Positions 51,981 to 61,902 of a stretch of 64,000 nt of DNA are shown here, one piece after another; within the stretch, counting starts at the first letter, position 1; each line of letters begins with the position of its first letter. The notes beneath the pieces were generated by a model, which saw nothing but the letters and a program-made list of their open reading frames with translations, searched no databases and was not told the origin of the DNA. The position numbers and the translations under genes are program-made. The DNA comes from an uncultured Pseudobdellovibrionaceae bacterium (GTDB lineage: Bacteria; Bdellovibrionota; Bdellovibrionia; Bdellovibrionales; UBA1609), in the NCBI GenBank assembly GCA_963803705.1, contig CAWDNU010000003.1, forward strand, positions 32,001 through 96,000, in the 5' to 3' direction.

Positions 51981-52409
51981 TTGCAGAAATTGAAACAGAT
52001 TGGATCATAGGTATTAACAAAGCTGTAATCAAAAAATGCAAATTCTTGGAGTTCTCATTCAAAAGAAAATCATTTTTTACGAGATGAAAGTGGACTTAAA
52101 TCATGTCTTGCCTGTATCTTTTATAGAGACGCTAGAGGGGTTTATTTAAATGCTCCAATTCAAAAACTAGCAGGGCTTTTATTATTTAGAATCGCTGAAG
52201 GTCAATATTTTGAAAATGGGAATAAAAGGACAGCATTTTTAAGTTTAAGAGTCTTTTTGAAAAAAAATGGATATGGATTAAATTACACTAAAAAGAGTAT
52301 GAGTGATTTGTTGTGGGGTTTTGCTACTCCAATCAAAAGTTTAGCTCCAAAATATAAAGAAAAAGATGCCGTTTTGTTTATTGAAGAAAACATCTATATT
52401 TTACCGTAA
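51977..52409 (+). CDS. Fic/Doc-family toxin, frameshift at an A6 run near 52033
   Basis: LRDESGLKSCL...LAGLLLFRIAEGQYFENGNKRTAFLSLRVFLKKNG; missed by the ORF track. Confidence 0.8.
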
Positions 52410-52573
52410 CTAGAGACTTAAGAACCAAGTATGATGAAAAAAAAAAAAATTTTAACTTTGAAGATACAAAATAAAGGTCGATACGATTTATGTGCTTCTC
52501 GATTTATATAAAAAGTAACTCGGTCTCAAACACGGTCTTTTAATTCAGATAAAGCTTTGATATTGACAGATTT

Positions 52574-53035
52574 ATGGAATTGTCAGAATTAAAATCAGAA
52601 ATCGAAGCCTTAAAACAAAACACATTCAACCCAACTAAATTTAGATACCCCAATGACATTAGACAGAAAATTAAGTTGATAAATGATCAGGGCCTAAATA
52701 TTCAAAAGATAAGTGAATATTTAGGACCCCCCCATCAAACGATTAGAAATTGGCTTTCAGAAATTCGTAATAAGTTTGCCCACTCACTAAATTTCATTGA
52801 TCTGGAGATAGAAGTTAAAAAAATAAAGATGATATCCAATATAGAAAAAGATGAAGATTTTACGAAATTAAACTTCTTCCAAAAATATTCGCTTATGGCA
52901 TTAATTAATGTCCATTATTTAAATAATTTGAAAATGAAAACCCAATATATTGAACAAAGAGAAATTTATTTTAAAAATACAGAAAAACAGATATTAGAAG
53001 GCTTTAGAGTCATTTATAAAGAAAAATCTACTTAA
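52574..53035 (+). CDS. HTH-containing hypothetical protein (transposase-HTH-like N-terminus)
   Basis: RYPNDIRQKI...GLNIQKISEYLG..HQTIRNW. Confidence 0.5.
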   Translation: MELSELKSEIEALKQNTFNPTKFRYPNDIRQKIKLINDQGLNIQKISEYLGPPHQTIRNWLSEIRNKFAHSLNFIDLEIEVKKIKMISNIEKDEDFTKLNFFQKYSLMALINVHYLNNLKMKTQYIEQREIYFKNTEKQILEGFRVIYKEKST

Positions 53036-53088
53036 CTAAAATGGTATAAATGAAGCCTTATTAAAGTTGCAGGAATTTAACTTAAGAA

Positions 53089-53170
53089 TAGACTTTGTGA
53101 CCAAATAAACTAAAACCCTTCTTCGCAGAAAAGCTCATTGAATCTAAAAACTGTTTCATTAATCACTAGT
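53089..53170 (-). repeat. ~85-bp repeat copy D
   Basis: tagactttgtgacc...cccttcttcgcagaaaagctcattgaat...ttaatcactag; same orientation as copy A. Confidence 0.85.
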
Positions 53171-53342
53171 TCACCTTTTAATCTGATCATATTTCACTGG
53201 CCATTTAATTGCACTCCGCTCAATTCAAATTTTATGAAGCAGCACACGGTCGAAGATCTAAATTGCAAGATCAGCTCTACAGTGGATTAAAACTTTTTAA
53301 AAGTTTACGAATTCGGAATTATTAGCTCAGTAAATGAGTTGG

Positions 53343-53987
53343 CTATTTCAAATTAAGTAACTTCTTAAATGGGCACTTTGATGTAGCTTGCATTTCCCTG
53401 CCAGTGTATTGTAACCACTCTGGGGAATTACCAAAGTCTTTCATCATGGGGTTCTCGCTTCCTTGAAGCTTTTTATCCCTACCTCTAATTATACGCTTCA
53501 TCTTGTCAAAGATGCCCATTTTCCTTAAATGTGTGAATTGTCTATGCAAGTTAAAAACAATAGCGGGTTTAGAGCTTCGCCTGGATTGTCTGGGGTTTTC
53601 TGGATGTAGTAAAATCAAGAAGTACGCGCTACCGCCTACACTAAAGCCAAAATCTTTATCATCTGGGTTGAGTGAAACGCTGTTATCATAGTCTCCTTGA
53701 TCGATTTCCATAGTTCTTAACTTAGATAGAAGGTCCCAAAAAAAACTTTCGAACTCTTGGAAATTAGGTTCTATTAAATCATCCTTAGAAAACTCAGCAA
53801 TAAAGCTAGATAAGTTGGAATTTCCCTTTGTATCGTGATCGAACCTTTCTAATTTTGCTCGCAATTCGATGGCTGTGGTATTCCCATAGGAAAAGTTTTC
53901 GACAATTAAATTACCTTTAGCGAGGACTGACTTAGCCATTGTACAAGGAAATTTCAAATCTAAAATCAAAGCTTCAACAGCGCCCAT
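53343..53987 (-). CDS. YqcI/YcgG-family (GntA-like) protein
   Basis: FPCTMAK, FESFFW, FGFSVGG.AYF..LHP..PRQSR, VFNLHRQF, QYTGR, KCPF. Confidence 0.85.
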   Translation of the reverse strand: MGAVEALILDLKFPCTMAKSVLAKGNLIVENFSYGNTTAIELRAKLERFDHDTKGNSNLSSFIAEFSKDDLIEPNFQEFESFFWDLLSKLRTMEIDQGDYDNSVSLNPDDKDFGFSVGGSAYFLILLHPENPRQSRRSSKPAIVFNLHRQFTHLRKMGIFDKMKRIIRGRDKKLQGSENPMMKDFGNSPEWLQYTGREMQATSKCPFKKLLNLK

Positions 53988-54262
53988 AAGACCACCTTTT
54001 CGTCTTCAAACTACTCATAAAAAGATGCTAATTCTTCTAGCAGAATTTTAAAGGTGTGTAGATTGCTAGAAGTTTCTGAATACTGGACTAGCGGTTCTGA
54101 TGGTTAAGTATACTTGAATATAGATTTGACTAATATGACTCTTAAAATCCTAAGACCGAATTAAATTGATAAAAATAGGTGTTGTTACTCAGATGAATAG
54201 TTCAAATCAATATTGTGAATTAGAGTTAACCTAAATACATGTCAGTGATGCACAACTGGTTT

Positions 54263-54850
54263 TTAAACCGAAGTTGAGTAGTCGATAGGTTTAAAAGTCC
54301 CGTTATTTGAACCCTTAGCCGAACATGCAGTAAGTCCAACAAGTAAGTTCATCTCAGCTTGTATGGTGATAGAGTCACCGGCCTTACTTGCCGGGGGTAG
54401 CACTTCGATTTTACCTAACTTATCAATTGTAACTTTCATAAAGACGTTAAAGGTTGATGGAAGACAAGTTATACTTAAACCAAATTTTTTATTAAAAGCG
54501 TTAACAAGGTTACCCTCGCAACCTTGATGGTAGGGCTCGTTATCATACAAGATTTCAAAGGTGTCCTTAGAGCAAGGAGTCAGTAAGATATCGTGACAAT
54601 TAACATCGTCCTCGACAATAGTCGCCATGATTCTACTTTTAGAAGAATATAGGGGATCTCCTTTTTTTAAATAGATCCTAGACAGGTAGTCGATTGTCCG
54701 ACCAGATGAAAAATACTCTTCAACGTCATTTTCAGCGAAGCAAAAAAAATCAGAAACCTGTTGTCCTTTAGGGTCTGTGATCACCAGAGTTGCACCTTTC
54801 GGCAATTTAAATGCTACTCCTGATCGAGGCTGGATAGTATTTTTGCGCAT
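54263..54850 (-). CDS. DUF1989 / urea carboxylase-associated family protein
   Basis: GQQVSDF, SGRTIDY, HDILLTPCS, GCEGNL, FNVFM, TACSA..SNNG.FKPI. Confidence 0.9.
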   Translation of the reverse strand: MRKNTIQPRSGVAFKLPKGATLVITDPKGQQVSDFFCFAENDVEEYFSSGRTIDYLSRIYLKKGDPLYSSKSRIMATIVEDDVNCHDILLTPCSKDTFEILYDNEPYHQGCEGNLVNAFNKKFGLSITCLPSTFNVFMKVTIDKLGKIEVLPPASKAGDSITIQAEMNLLVGLTACSAKGSNNGTFKPIDYSTSV

Positions 54851-55038
54851 GAAAAGCTCCTTATTTAAAGCAGTATATTTAGCGTGATAGCATACGCAAA
54901 AGTCTGAGTCACAAACAATTAAATCCGAAACTGATAATCTATAGAGGCCAATGTGTTTGAATCTTCACAGAATCTACAATCCATACTTATGAACTGCCCA
55001 CTAGTGTAGGTAATGTCAGAAATAACAAGGAGAAAAAA

Positions 55039-56754
55039 ATGAATTCGAGATATAAAAAGTTAATAACTACTTTTTTGGTGATTGGAATTCCATCACTTAG
55101 CTACGCGCAGGAGGTAGTGGTAATGCCAGTGTTTGAGTTGTCCCATACACTTTTTCTGGCAATTGTTATAGGTGCAGGAATTAGTATAGCTATGACTATG
55201 GCTTTTACCAATTCTTCAATTGCCGGTGTAGGAGCAGTAATTAGCGGTAAGTTTGCTAACTTCTTACATAAAAAGCCAAAAGCTAATAGCGACGGGAACA
55301 GTGACAATTTGGCCGATCCTAGTTGGTACCAAAAATCTAAGGATCTGAAGAAAAAAATGCTAGGTGCTGCTCACAGTTACGGTGCTTTGGCGATGATTGG
55401 GAGCGCGCTTTCGCTATTTTTAGGTAGTTTGGTTGCAAGTTTGGCCATGCCAGCTTCAAGTTTTCAAAGTGTTATATTTATCGGTCTTGGAGTGTGGGCA
55501 TTTTATACAATGCTAATTACATATTTCAAAAGTAAAATCATTTCAACTGCTCTAGTTCCTACGAACTTTGTAACGAGCAGAGGTTCGGCAGTAGCTAAAT
55601 CTGTGGGCACCGGGCTTCTAGGGAAGTCAGATAAAAGTAGAGTGCGATCAGTGGTTAGGTCAGCAGTAAAAGATATTAAGCGTGAATTTACCGGTGAGTA
55701 CGCTAACTCTAAACTTTCTAAACAGTTGGATGAATTGATCAATAGTAGTAATGACAGCAAAGATGATGGACAGCAGACCTTAGTTGATTTGGCGGAATTA
55801 ATAAATAGAACTGAGATTAGACTTGTTCCTATCGAAGGTGCGGAAGGGAAAAAATTTGTGGTCAGCACAGACTTTAATGCTGTCAGTTTTGGATCTTCAA
55901 ATTCGAAGAAGCTAGGAAGCGCAGTTTCGTCATTAAAAGCAGAAGCACAAAGTAATCAATCTCCAGAGAATAAGGCCGCCGCAATGTTATCAGTAGTGAC
56001 CCCAGCTTCAAAGGAGCAAATTAAAAGAATTTTTGATAAGGTTCGCCAGACTATCGAAGATAGTGGTAACGAAGATATACAACTAGATAAGTTAAGCGAT
56101 GATCTTGACCAGTTAAAAGATGATCCTACAGCCTTAAGACATTTGATTACTGAGAAGTTTAGTTCTGTCGAGCAAGATCACCTGGTTAATGCAGTAAGCT
56201 CACTAACAGGTAGTGACAAAAATAAAATTCGTGAAAATATGGATAAGGTCGCAAACTTTTTTGAAGAAAAATTTAATACATCTGAAAAAAGTAGTGGAAA
56301 ACCTCTGATGATCGAAGATTTCATTCAGGCAAGGGGCCGTACGCCAAATTTCAAGGAACGGCTATCTACCCTTCGTGGCACTGCACTAGATCCATCAAAA
56401 CTTGGTGATGATTTAGAAAAGATTTCTAATGACCCCTCTCAACTGTTTAAGGTGGTGTCGGAACGGGTTTCAAGCTTAACTAAAGATGACGTTAAATCCC
56501 TGGTGGGTACAAATACCAATCTATCAGTTAGCGAAATTGAATCTTATATTAGGCAGTATGATAGATACCACAGTTCTCTTACCCATAAAAAGAGCAAGGC
56601 TAAGCGAATTATTATGGAGGCGAATTTAGCATCTAAAACTTTTGTAGAGGGTTGCTTAGAAGCACACGAGGCAATGCTTTGGTGGCGTGCCGCTTCTCCG
56701 ATAGTGGGCGCAGCAGCTTCTGTAGGTGGAGCCGCAATGATGTTGCTCCAGTAA
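55039..56754 (+). CDS. Hypothetical membrane protein with a large helical soluble region
   Basis: AAGGAG RBS; N-terminal TM segments and a C-terminal TM. Confidence 0.75.
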   Translation: MNSRYKKLITTFLVIGIPSLSYAQEVVVMPVFELSHTLFLAIVIGAGISIAMTMAFTNSSIAGVGAVISGKFANFLHKKPKANSDGNSDNLADPSWYQKSKDLKKKMLGAAHSYGALAMIGSALSLFLGSLVASLAMPASSFQSVIFIGLGVWAFYTMLITYFKSKIISTALVPTNFVTSRGSAVAKSVGTGLLGKSDKSRVRSVVRSAVKDIKREFTGEYANSKLSKQLDELINSSNDSKDDGQQTLVDLAELINRTEIRLVPIEGAEGKKFVVSTDFNAVSFGSSNSKKLGSAVSSLKAEAQSNQSPENKAAAMLSVVTPASKEQIKRIFDKVRQTIEDSGNEDIQLDKLSDDLDQLKDDPTALRHLITEKFSSVEQDHLVNAVSSLTGSDKNKIRENMDKVANFFEEKFNTSEKSSGKPLMIEDFIQARGRTPNFKERLSTLRGTALDPSKLGDDLEKISNDPSQLFKVVSERVSSLTKDDVKSLVGTNTNLSVSEIESYIRQYDRYHSSLTHKKSKAKRIIMEANLASKTFVEGCLEAHEAMLWWRAASPIVGAAASVGGAAMMLLQ

Positions 56755-56782
56755 TTAGTGTCTAATCTAACTACTTATTGTT

Positions 56783-56808
56783 AATGCCGATATTAAATTA
56801 TCGGCATT
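56783..56808. terminator. Hairpin between convergent genes
   Basis: AATGCCGATA-TTAAAT-TATCGGCATT. Confidence 0.6.
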
Positions 56809-56867
56809 GAGTTTTATTAGTAAAATACTAAATTTGTTAAATTTCCTTCGGATAAATTCAAGAAGTT

Positions 56868-57896
56868 TTAATAGCTTACCTTTGTATTAGCTTTAATAAC
56901 ACCACCTGAAGTTAGCTCTGCCGTGCAGTGAAAAAAGCAACTTCTTAACAATTTTTCTCTTCGTTCAAGAATATTTGGGTCAGTACTGTTGATATGTGCT
57001 TCACTCACACCGCATAGTTCAAAAAAGTCTTCATGTGAAATTTCTCGCTTTTCTTGTCCGCCGAAGTATTTAGTATTAGCTAGGTAGCGATCAATGGCTC
57101 GAAACAAATATTCTATTTTGACATCAGCAAGATTTCCCTCACGCTCGTTGTGAATTTTCTGGTAGGCGAGAGCATCTGAAAGTATAAGAACCGAATCTTG
57201 GAAAGAAAGACTTTTTTCATCGACATAATAATAGTGAAGTATGGGATAAACATGACTTCTAAAGCTTTCCTTAAGTAAAAAATCAGTTAATGCCATCACC
57301 TCCCCATCTAACCTGTTGGCAGAATTTCCAGTCCAAGCTCTTTCAATGATTTGCGCGGGATTTTTACCAATAATCTCCACTGAGCTGCCAAACTTCCTTC
57401 GATCAACCACGCCATTAACTACTGGCAGGATGTAAGATAAACTCAAGGTGGTCAGGCCGGTTACAGTTAAAGCTCCAGTAGTAGCGACTAATGTCCATGG
57501 AAATCCATTTGGTAAATAATCACCCATTCCTAAAGACGAAAAAGTCGAAGACAGAAAGTAGATGTAATCAAGAACTTGCATCTTAGTGTCAGTGTCGTGC
57601 TTTATCGAATAATCGCCATTGTATACCAATAGAAACCACCCCAGCATTAAAAGAAAATACCAAACTAAAATGATACCAACTAAAAATAGGGGACCTGCTA
57701 TTTTCAATAAAAAATCGCTTTTGAATTTATATTTTACAAAAGATGCAAATCGCCAAACTTGCGAGGTCCAAAATTCAGTGATGTAGCCTGCTCCATCGTG
57801 ACTAAGTACAGTTCTGACTACGTCATGTAAGGTTATCAATATTAAGACGATTCCTAACGATATTCCTATGGTTTCCATAAACCTCTTTAAATACAA
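56868..57896 (-). CDS. Ion channel (2-TM K+ channel-like) protein
   Basis: YFLSSTFSSLGMGD pore-like motif; YPILHYY. Confidence 0.8.
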   Translation of the reverse strand: MYLKRFMETIGISLGIVLILITLHDVVRTVLSHDGAGYITEFWTSQVWRFASFVKYKFKSDFLLKIAGPLFLVGIILVWYFLLMLGWFLLVYNGDYSIKHDTDTKMQVLDYIYFLSSTFSSLGMGDYLPNGFPWTLVATTGALTVTGLTTLSLSYILPVVNGVVDRRKFGSSVEIIGKNPAQIIERAWTGNSANRLDGEVMALTDFLLKESFRSHVYPILHYYYVDEKSLSFQDSVLILSDALAYQKIHNEREGNLADVKIEYLFRAIDRYLANTKYFGGQEKREISHEDFFELCGVSEAHINSTDPNILERREKLLRSCFFHCTAELTSGGVIKANTKVSY

Positions 57897-58046
57897 TGTA
57901 TTGGTAAATTTAAATTTTACTCACATGTTTATTGTTATCCAGTTGTAAGTCAATAGACAGTGAATTGGCTATCATCTTTTGTCGAAGCACTAATTTCATT
58001 GCTTTCGATTTGTTTTAGCTAAAGCGTTCAAAGCAAAAATTTATAT

Positions 58047-59177
58047 GTGACAGGACTGTTAGCTAATGATCTACTCGTTGAGGTGAATTTGTCTATTTCT
58101 TTAATTATTTATAGCTCAATTTTACTTCTAATGTCTTGCCTGCCATTAGTTGATTCTTATCATTGGACAATTCGTTTGTTTGATTTTCCACGTGCTCAGC
58201 TTCTTTTTGTCGAGATATTATCCTTGGTGATAATTTTATTTGCCGCTAGTCCTTCTAAAAGTCGAACTGCTGCACTGTGCATAATTTTAGCTTCGGTGGT
58301 GATAGATCTGTACAGAGTTGGACCTTACTTGCCTATATTGCCTGTAGAATCCAAAAGTCCAGAGATTGAATCATCCGGACTTACTATAAAGGTACTTAGT
58401 TATAACGTTTTTATAGGAAACAAGAAGTTTCAAAATTTGATAAATTTGGTAAAAACGGAATCCCCCGACGTCGTAGTATTGCTCGAGACAAATACAAAGT
58501 GGATGCAGGAAACTAGAGTTCTGAAAGAAGATTATCTCTACTCGAAGTTTTTACCCAGGGACAATACTTATGGAATAGTTTTGCTATCGAAGTATCCAAT
58601 GCAAAATTTGGAAGTAAAATATCTTGTCGATAAGAATGTACCTTCAATTTTTGCTGATCTAAAACTTTTTGACCAACTTATTAAGGTTGCGATTCTTCAC
58701 CCAAGACCACCCAGGCCGAAAGAAGGGTCGAGTTTACAAAGAGACGGTGAATTGGCCGAAGCAGCTACAATCTTAAAGCAATATAAAAATATGCCCATCT
58801 TAGTGATTGGGGATTTTAATGATGTAGCTTGGTCACACAGTTCAAGACTGTTCAAAAGAGTAGCAGGGCTTTTGGATCCCAGAATAGGTAGAGGCTTTTA
58901 CAACACTTTTCACACGAGCTACCCCTTTTTAAGGTTCCCTTTAGATCACATTTTCCACAATCAGTTTCTAAAAACAAAAAGCCTTTCGGTGCTATCTGAT
59001 ATAGGGTCTGATCACTACCCAATACAGGGAGTTTTCAGTTTGGAAAATTCAAAAGAGAATCAGAATAAGCCAGAAACCCCTTCCGAAGATGACAATGAAG
59101 AGATACGTGAAACTAAAGCAGATGCAAAAAAATGGACAGGTATGGGTAGCGACGAAGACTCTGAAGAGTCGGAGTAA
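58047..59177 (+). CDS. Endonuclease/exonuclease/phosphatase family membrane protein
   Basis: SYNV, LLET, GDFNDVAWS, LDHIF, GSDHYP. Confidence 0.9.
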   Translation: MTGLLANDLLVEVNLSISLIIYSSILLLMSCLPLVDSYHWTIRLFDFPRAQLLFVEILSLVIILFAASPSKSRTAALCIILASVVIDLYRVGPYLPILPVESKSPEIESSGLTIKVLSYNVFIGNKKFQNLINLVKTESPDVVVLLETNTKWMQETRVLKEDYLYSKFLPRDNTYGIVLLSKYPMQNLEVKYLVDKNVPSIFADLKLFDQLIKVAILHPRPPRPKEGSSLQRDGELAEAATILKQYKNMPILVIGDFNDVAWSHSSRLFKRVAGLLDPRIGRGFYNTFHTSYPFLRFPLDHIFHNQFLKTKSLSVLSDIGSDHYPIQGVFSLENSKENQNKPETPSEDDNEEIRETKADAKKWTGMGSDEDSEESE

Positions 59178-59570
59178 AAAAAGAAACTGTACGCACTAAT
59201 AGAAGCTTTAGTACTTAAGCTTTAAACTTTAAACTATTTTTTGATCAAACAGTTTTTCCTTAACTTTTCCAATATCCTTATAGAAAAATTTACAGACAAT
59301 TTATCTTTCTTTGCACAATCTTTTGCGGGTTTAAACTACCAAATATCTTGCCACAGATTCCCTCGCAATCCTAGATGTTAGTTGTTTTTTTGCCTTCGCT
59401 TTAACAGTAATAATATAGAGTACTAATTTAATTCTCTATTAATAATCGCCATAAACTGTCAGCTAAAATGTAAAAAAGTAGAGTCAACTTTTGCAATACG
59501 CCCTGTAAGCTAAGCTAGAAGGCTTTAAGCGCTGGACCTTTTATTGCCTTGTAATAGCGGAGGTTTTATT

Positions 59571-60464
59571 ATGACTAAAATAAAATGCGGTACGTTTCTT
59601 GGATTTTTAGTTTTATGTTTTTCTCAAACTGAAACTTTTGCCAACCAGTGCGATATTTCAGGTTTTAGTATATACAAGGTTGGGGGTTACACCCTTTCAA
59701 ATAGTGAAATTAATATTTTAGCACAAGACAGGTTTACACAGTATTCAATCGGCGTGGGAAAAGATGAGGTGGTAAGAAAACTCACAGTTATGATTGAATC
59801 ACAAAATTCTAACCCTAGAGGTTCCAGAAATCCTAAAGAATTGGCTGAAAAAATTTACAAAGTATCTGAAGCTTACGGAGTTGATCCAATATTGTACGGG
59901 GCAAAGATTTGGCAGGAATCAGGTCTGTTCAATGTAGACGTAGTTAATCCAAAGGGTAAAGACACAGGCTTAAGTCAAATGACCAGTGCAGGGCTAAATG
60001 AAGTTTATGAGCAGTATAAAAAAATTAATTCTAGAGCTAAATCTGAGCGTCCGATTGGAAATATCCTATATGGTTTATCAAAAAGGTATTTTGGTTCCGT
60101 TCAGGCTACTAACCGTTGGTTCAAATGGGTGATTGAAACAAACAACACGCAAAAAAAGCAGACTCTTGTTCAAAGTGTAGACTATGCGCTAGCAATAGGC
60201 GCTTCATTATTTAAAATATATTTGGCAGAAGATCTTGGAAGCTACAACAAGGCTATCAAAAGATTTAATGGTGGTGGAACTAATGGATATTTATCACAAC
60301 TTACTAATAAGGCCGCAACAGTCAGAAATATGAATCTTAGCTGCGCACAAGATGCCGAAATAGATTTGATAAACAGGGTTTGTGAAATAGTGGGCACGGA
60401 AAATGCTTGTGAACAAGTCATTCAACAGGTGTTAAGTGATTCAAAAAGGTTATATGATATATAA
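59571..60464 (+). CDS. Secreted lytic transglycosylase (SLT)-like protein
   Basis: GGAGG RBS; signal peptide; YGVDP..IWQESG...GLSQM...AIKRFNGG. Confidence 0.75.
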   Translation: MTKIKCGTFLGFLVLCFSQTETFANQCDISGFSIYKVGGYTLSNSEINILAQDRFTQYSIGVGKDEVVRKLTVMIESQNSNPRGSRNPKELAEKIYKVSEAYGVDPILYGAKIWQESGLFNVDVVNPKGKDTGLSQMTSAGLNEVYEQYKKINSRAKSERPIGNILYGLSKRYFGSVQATNRWFKWVIETNNTQKKQTLVQSVDYALAIGASLFKIYLAEDLGSYNKAIKRFNGGGTNGYLSQLTNKAATVRNMNLSCAQDAEIDLINRVCEIVGTENACEQVIQQVLSDSKRLYDI

Positions 60465-61362
60465 AATTAAATTTACCCTATTTTTAAGTTTACTAGGTTT
60501 TTTGGCTTCATGCTCAAATGATCCCAAAAGCTCTTCTACTGATAAACTAGAGCGGCAAAAGCACCCTATGCAAATAGGTAGTAGCTTTGACCGCGAGATT
60601 GATCCCCTAGAACAAAAATTTAATAGTTCTATTTTTAAAATTCGTTCAGAGATGTCTGGCACTGAAGGTGTTGCAACATACCTTGGTGAGTTTGGCGAAT
60701 TAAAATTGTTTCTAACTAATAAACATATAGTTAATAGCGACTTAGACACGTGTGACAAACTTATTTCGCTAGTAGATGTTAATAATAAAATTTTTCTTGG
60801 CTGCAAAGACTTTATCTTCTCCTTTCAAAACCTTGATATATCCATAATTGCAATGGATGTTTTTGCCGAAACAGAAAAGGATTTTGATCTCAAGCCAGTT
60901 TTATTTTCTACAACAGCAATTGACGCCAAAGATAATCTTACGCTTAGAACTATTGATAATGATTTGAAAGCATTGGTTATAGATCAAAAGTCTGATTGTA
61001 AGTATTTGGACACCTTAGCTAGTTACATCACAGATCCTTTTCCAAACGAGACAGAGATTGCGATATCTACTTGGTCCATCCCTATAGGTTGTGACGCTAA
61101 GCCTGGGGATTCCGGCGCCCCTATCTTTGGAAGTAGCGGGATGATAACAGGTGTATTATGGGGTGGTAGCCTAAAAAAAGAGTTTGTCTCTTCAGAGTTA
61201 TTAACTAAAAAAATTGCTTCAAAAACAGCAGGTCTTTGGCAGAATTTTAACTTTGCAGTTCCATCAATCTATATCAAAAGTGAACTACAGGCAGAACTAA
61301 ATAATATTGATGAAAACTCTTTAGAACTTTTTGCATTAAAAGCGTTTTACGAATCTTTGTAA
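60436..61362 (+). CDS. Trypsin-like serine protease lipoprotein
   Basis: Lipobox LASC; LTNKH, LDISI, GDSGAP. Confidence 0.85.
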   Translation: MIQKGYMIYKIKFTLFLSLLGFLASCSNDPKSSSTDKLERQKHPMQIGSSFDREIDPLEQKFNSSIFKIRSEMSGTEGVATYLGEFGELKLFLTNKHIVNSDLDTCDKLISLVDVNNKIFLGCKDFIFSFQNLDISIIAMDVFAETEKDFDLKPVLFSTTAIDAKDNLTLRTIDNDLKALVIDQKSDCKYLDTLASYITDPFPNETEIAISTWSIPIGCDAKPGDSGAPIFGSSGMITGVLWGGSLKKEFVSSELLTKKIASKTAGLWQNFNFAVPSIYIKSELQAELNNIDENSLELFALKAFYESL

Positions 61363-61608
61363 ACTAGATTGGCACTAACTCAAAATTTAAATCATCCAAA
61401 TAGTTTTACTAAACCAATAGCACTTGAATGCTAATTAGGTTTAATTAAACACCTATGCTCTGATCATGCCGACTGTTCTATAAGTGGCGCGGTAGAATCT
61501 TATCAGACCTTTCTGAGCACGAGTGTTTAGAAAGGTACATATTTATTGTTGCCTAGTGACACTGGCTATTTTATTTGTTCAAATTTTATAAAACTAATCG
61601 AGGTGTAT

Positions 61609-61860
61609 ATGGGAATAATTTGGATGATTATAATTGGATTCGTTGTTGGCTTGTTAGCACGCGCTATAAAGCCTGGGGATGATTCCCTGGGATTTATTTT
61701 AACTACCATTCTCGGAATTTGTGGTTCGGTTTTTGCCGGCTATGCAGGTAAGGCATTAGGCGTTTATAAGCCTGATGACGCTGTGGGGTTTATTGCTGCT
61801 ACTTTTGGTGCTGTGATACTTCTTTTCATTGTCCAATTCTTTAAGTCAAAAAAGTCTTAA
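61609..61860 (+). CDS. GlsB/YeaQ/YmgE transglycosylase-associated membrane protein
   Basis: IIIGFVVGLLARAIKPG...TILGICGS..A.FGAVILL. Confidence 0.9.
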   Translation: MGIIWMIIIGFVVGLLARAIKPGDDSLGFILTTILGICGSVFAGYAGKALGVYKPDDAVGFIAATFGAVILLFIVQFFKSKKS

Positions 61861-61902
61861 AGAATTTAGCTTATTCGTTTTTTAGTTTGAAGGATCTTCA
61901 AT

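Noticed and set aside
21485..53170. Island as a prophage or ICE
   Set aside because: No structural, terminase, relaxase or T4SS genes
54851..55038. Guanidine riboswitch upstream of the DUF1989 gene
   Set aside because: No ykkC or mini-ykkC consensus recognisable by eye
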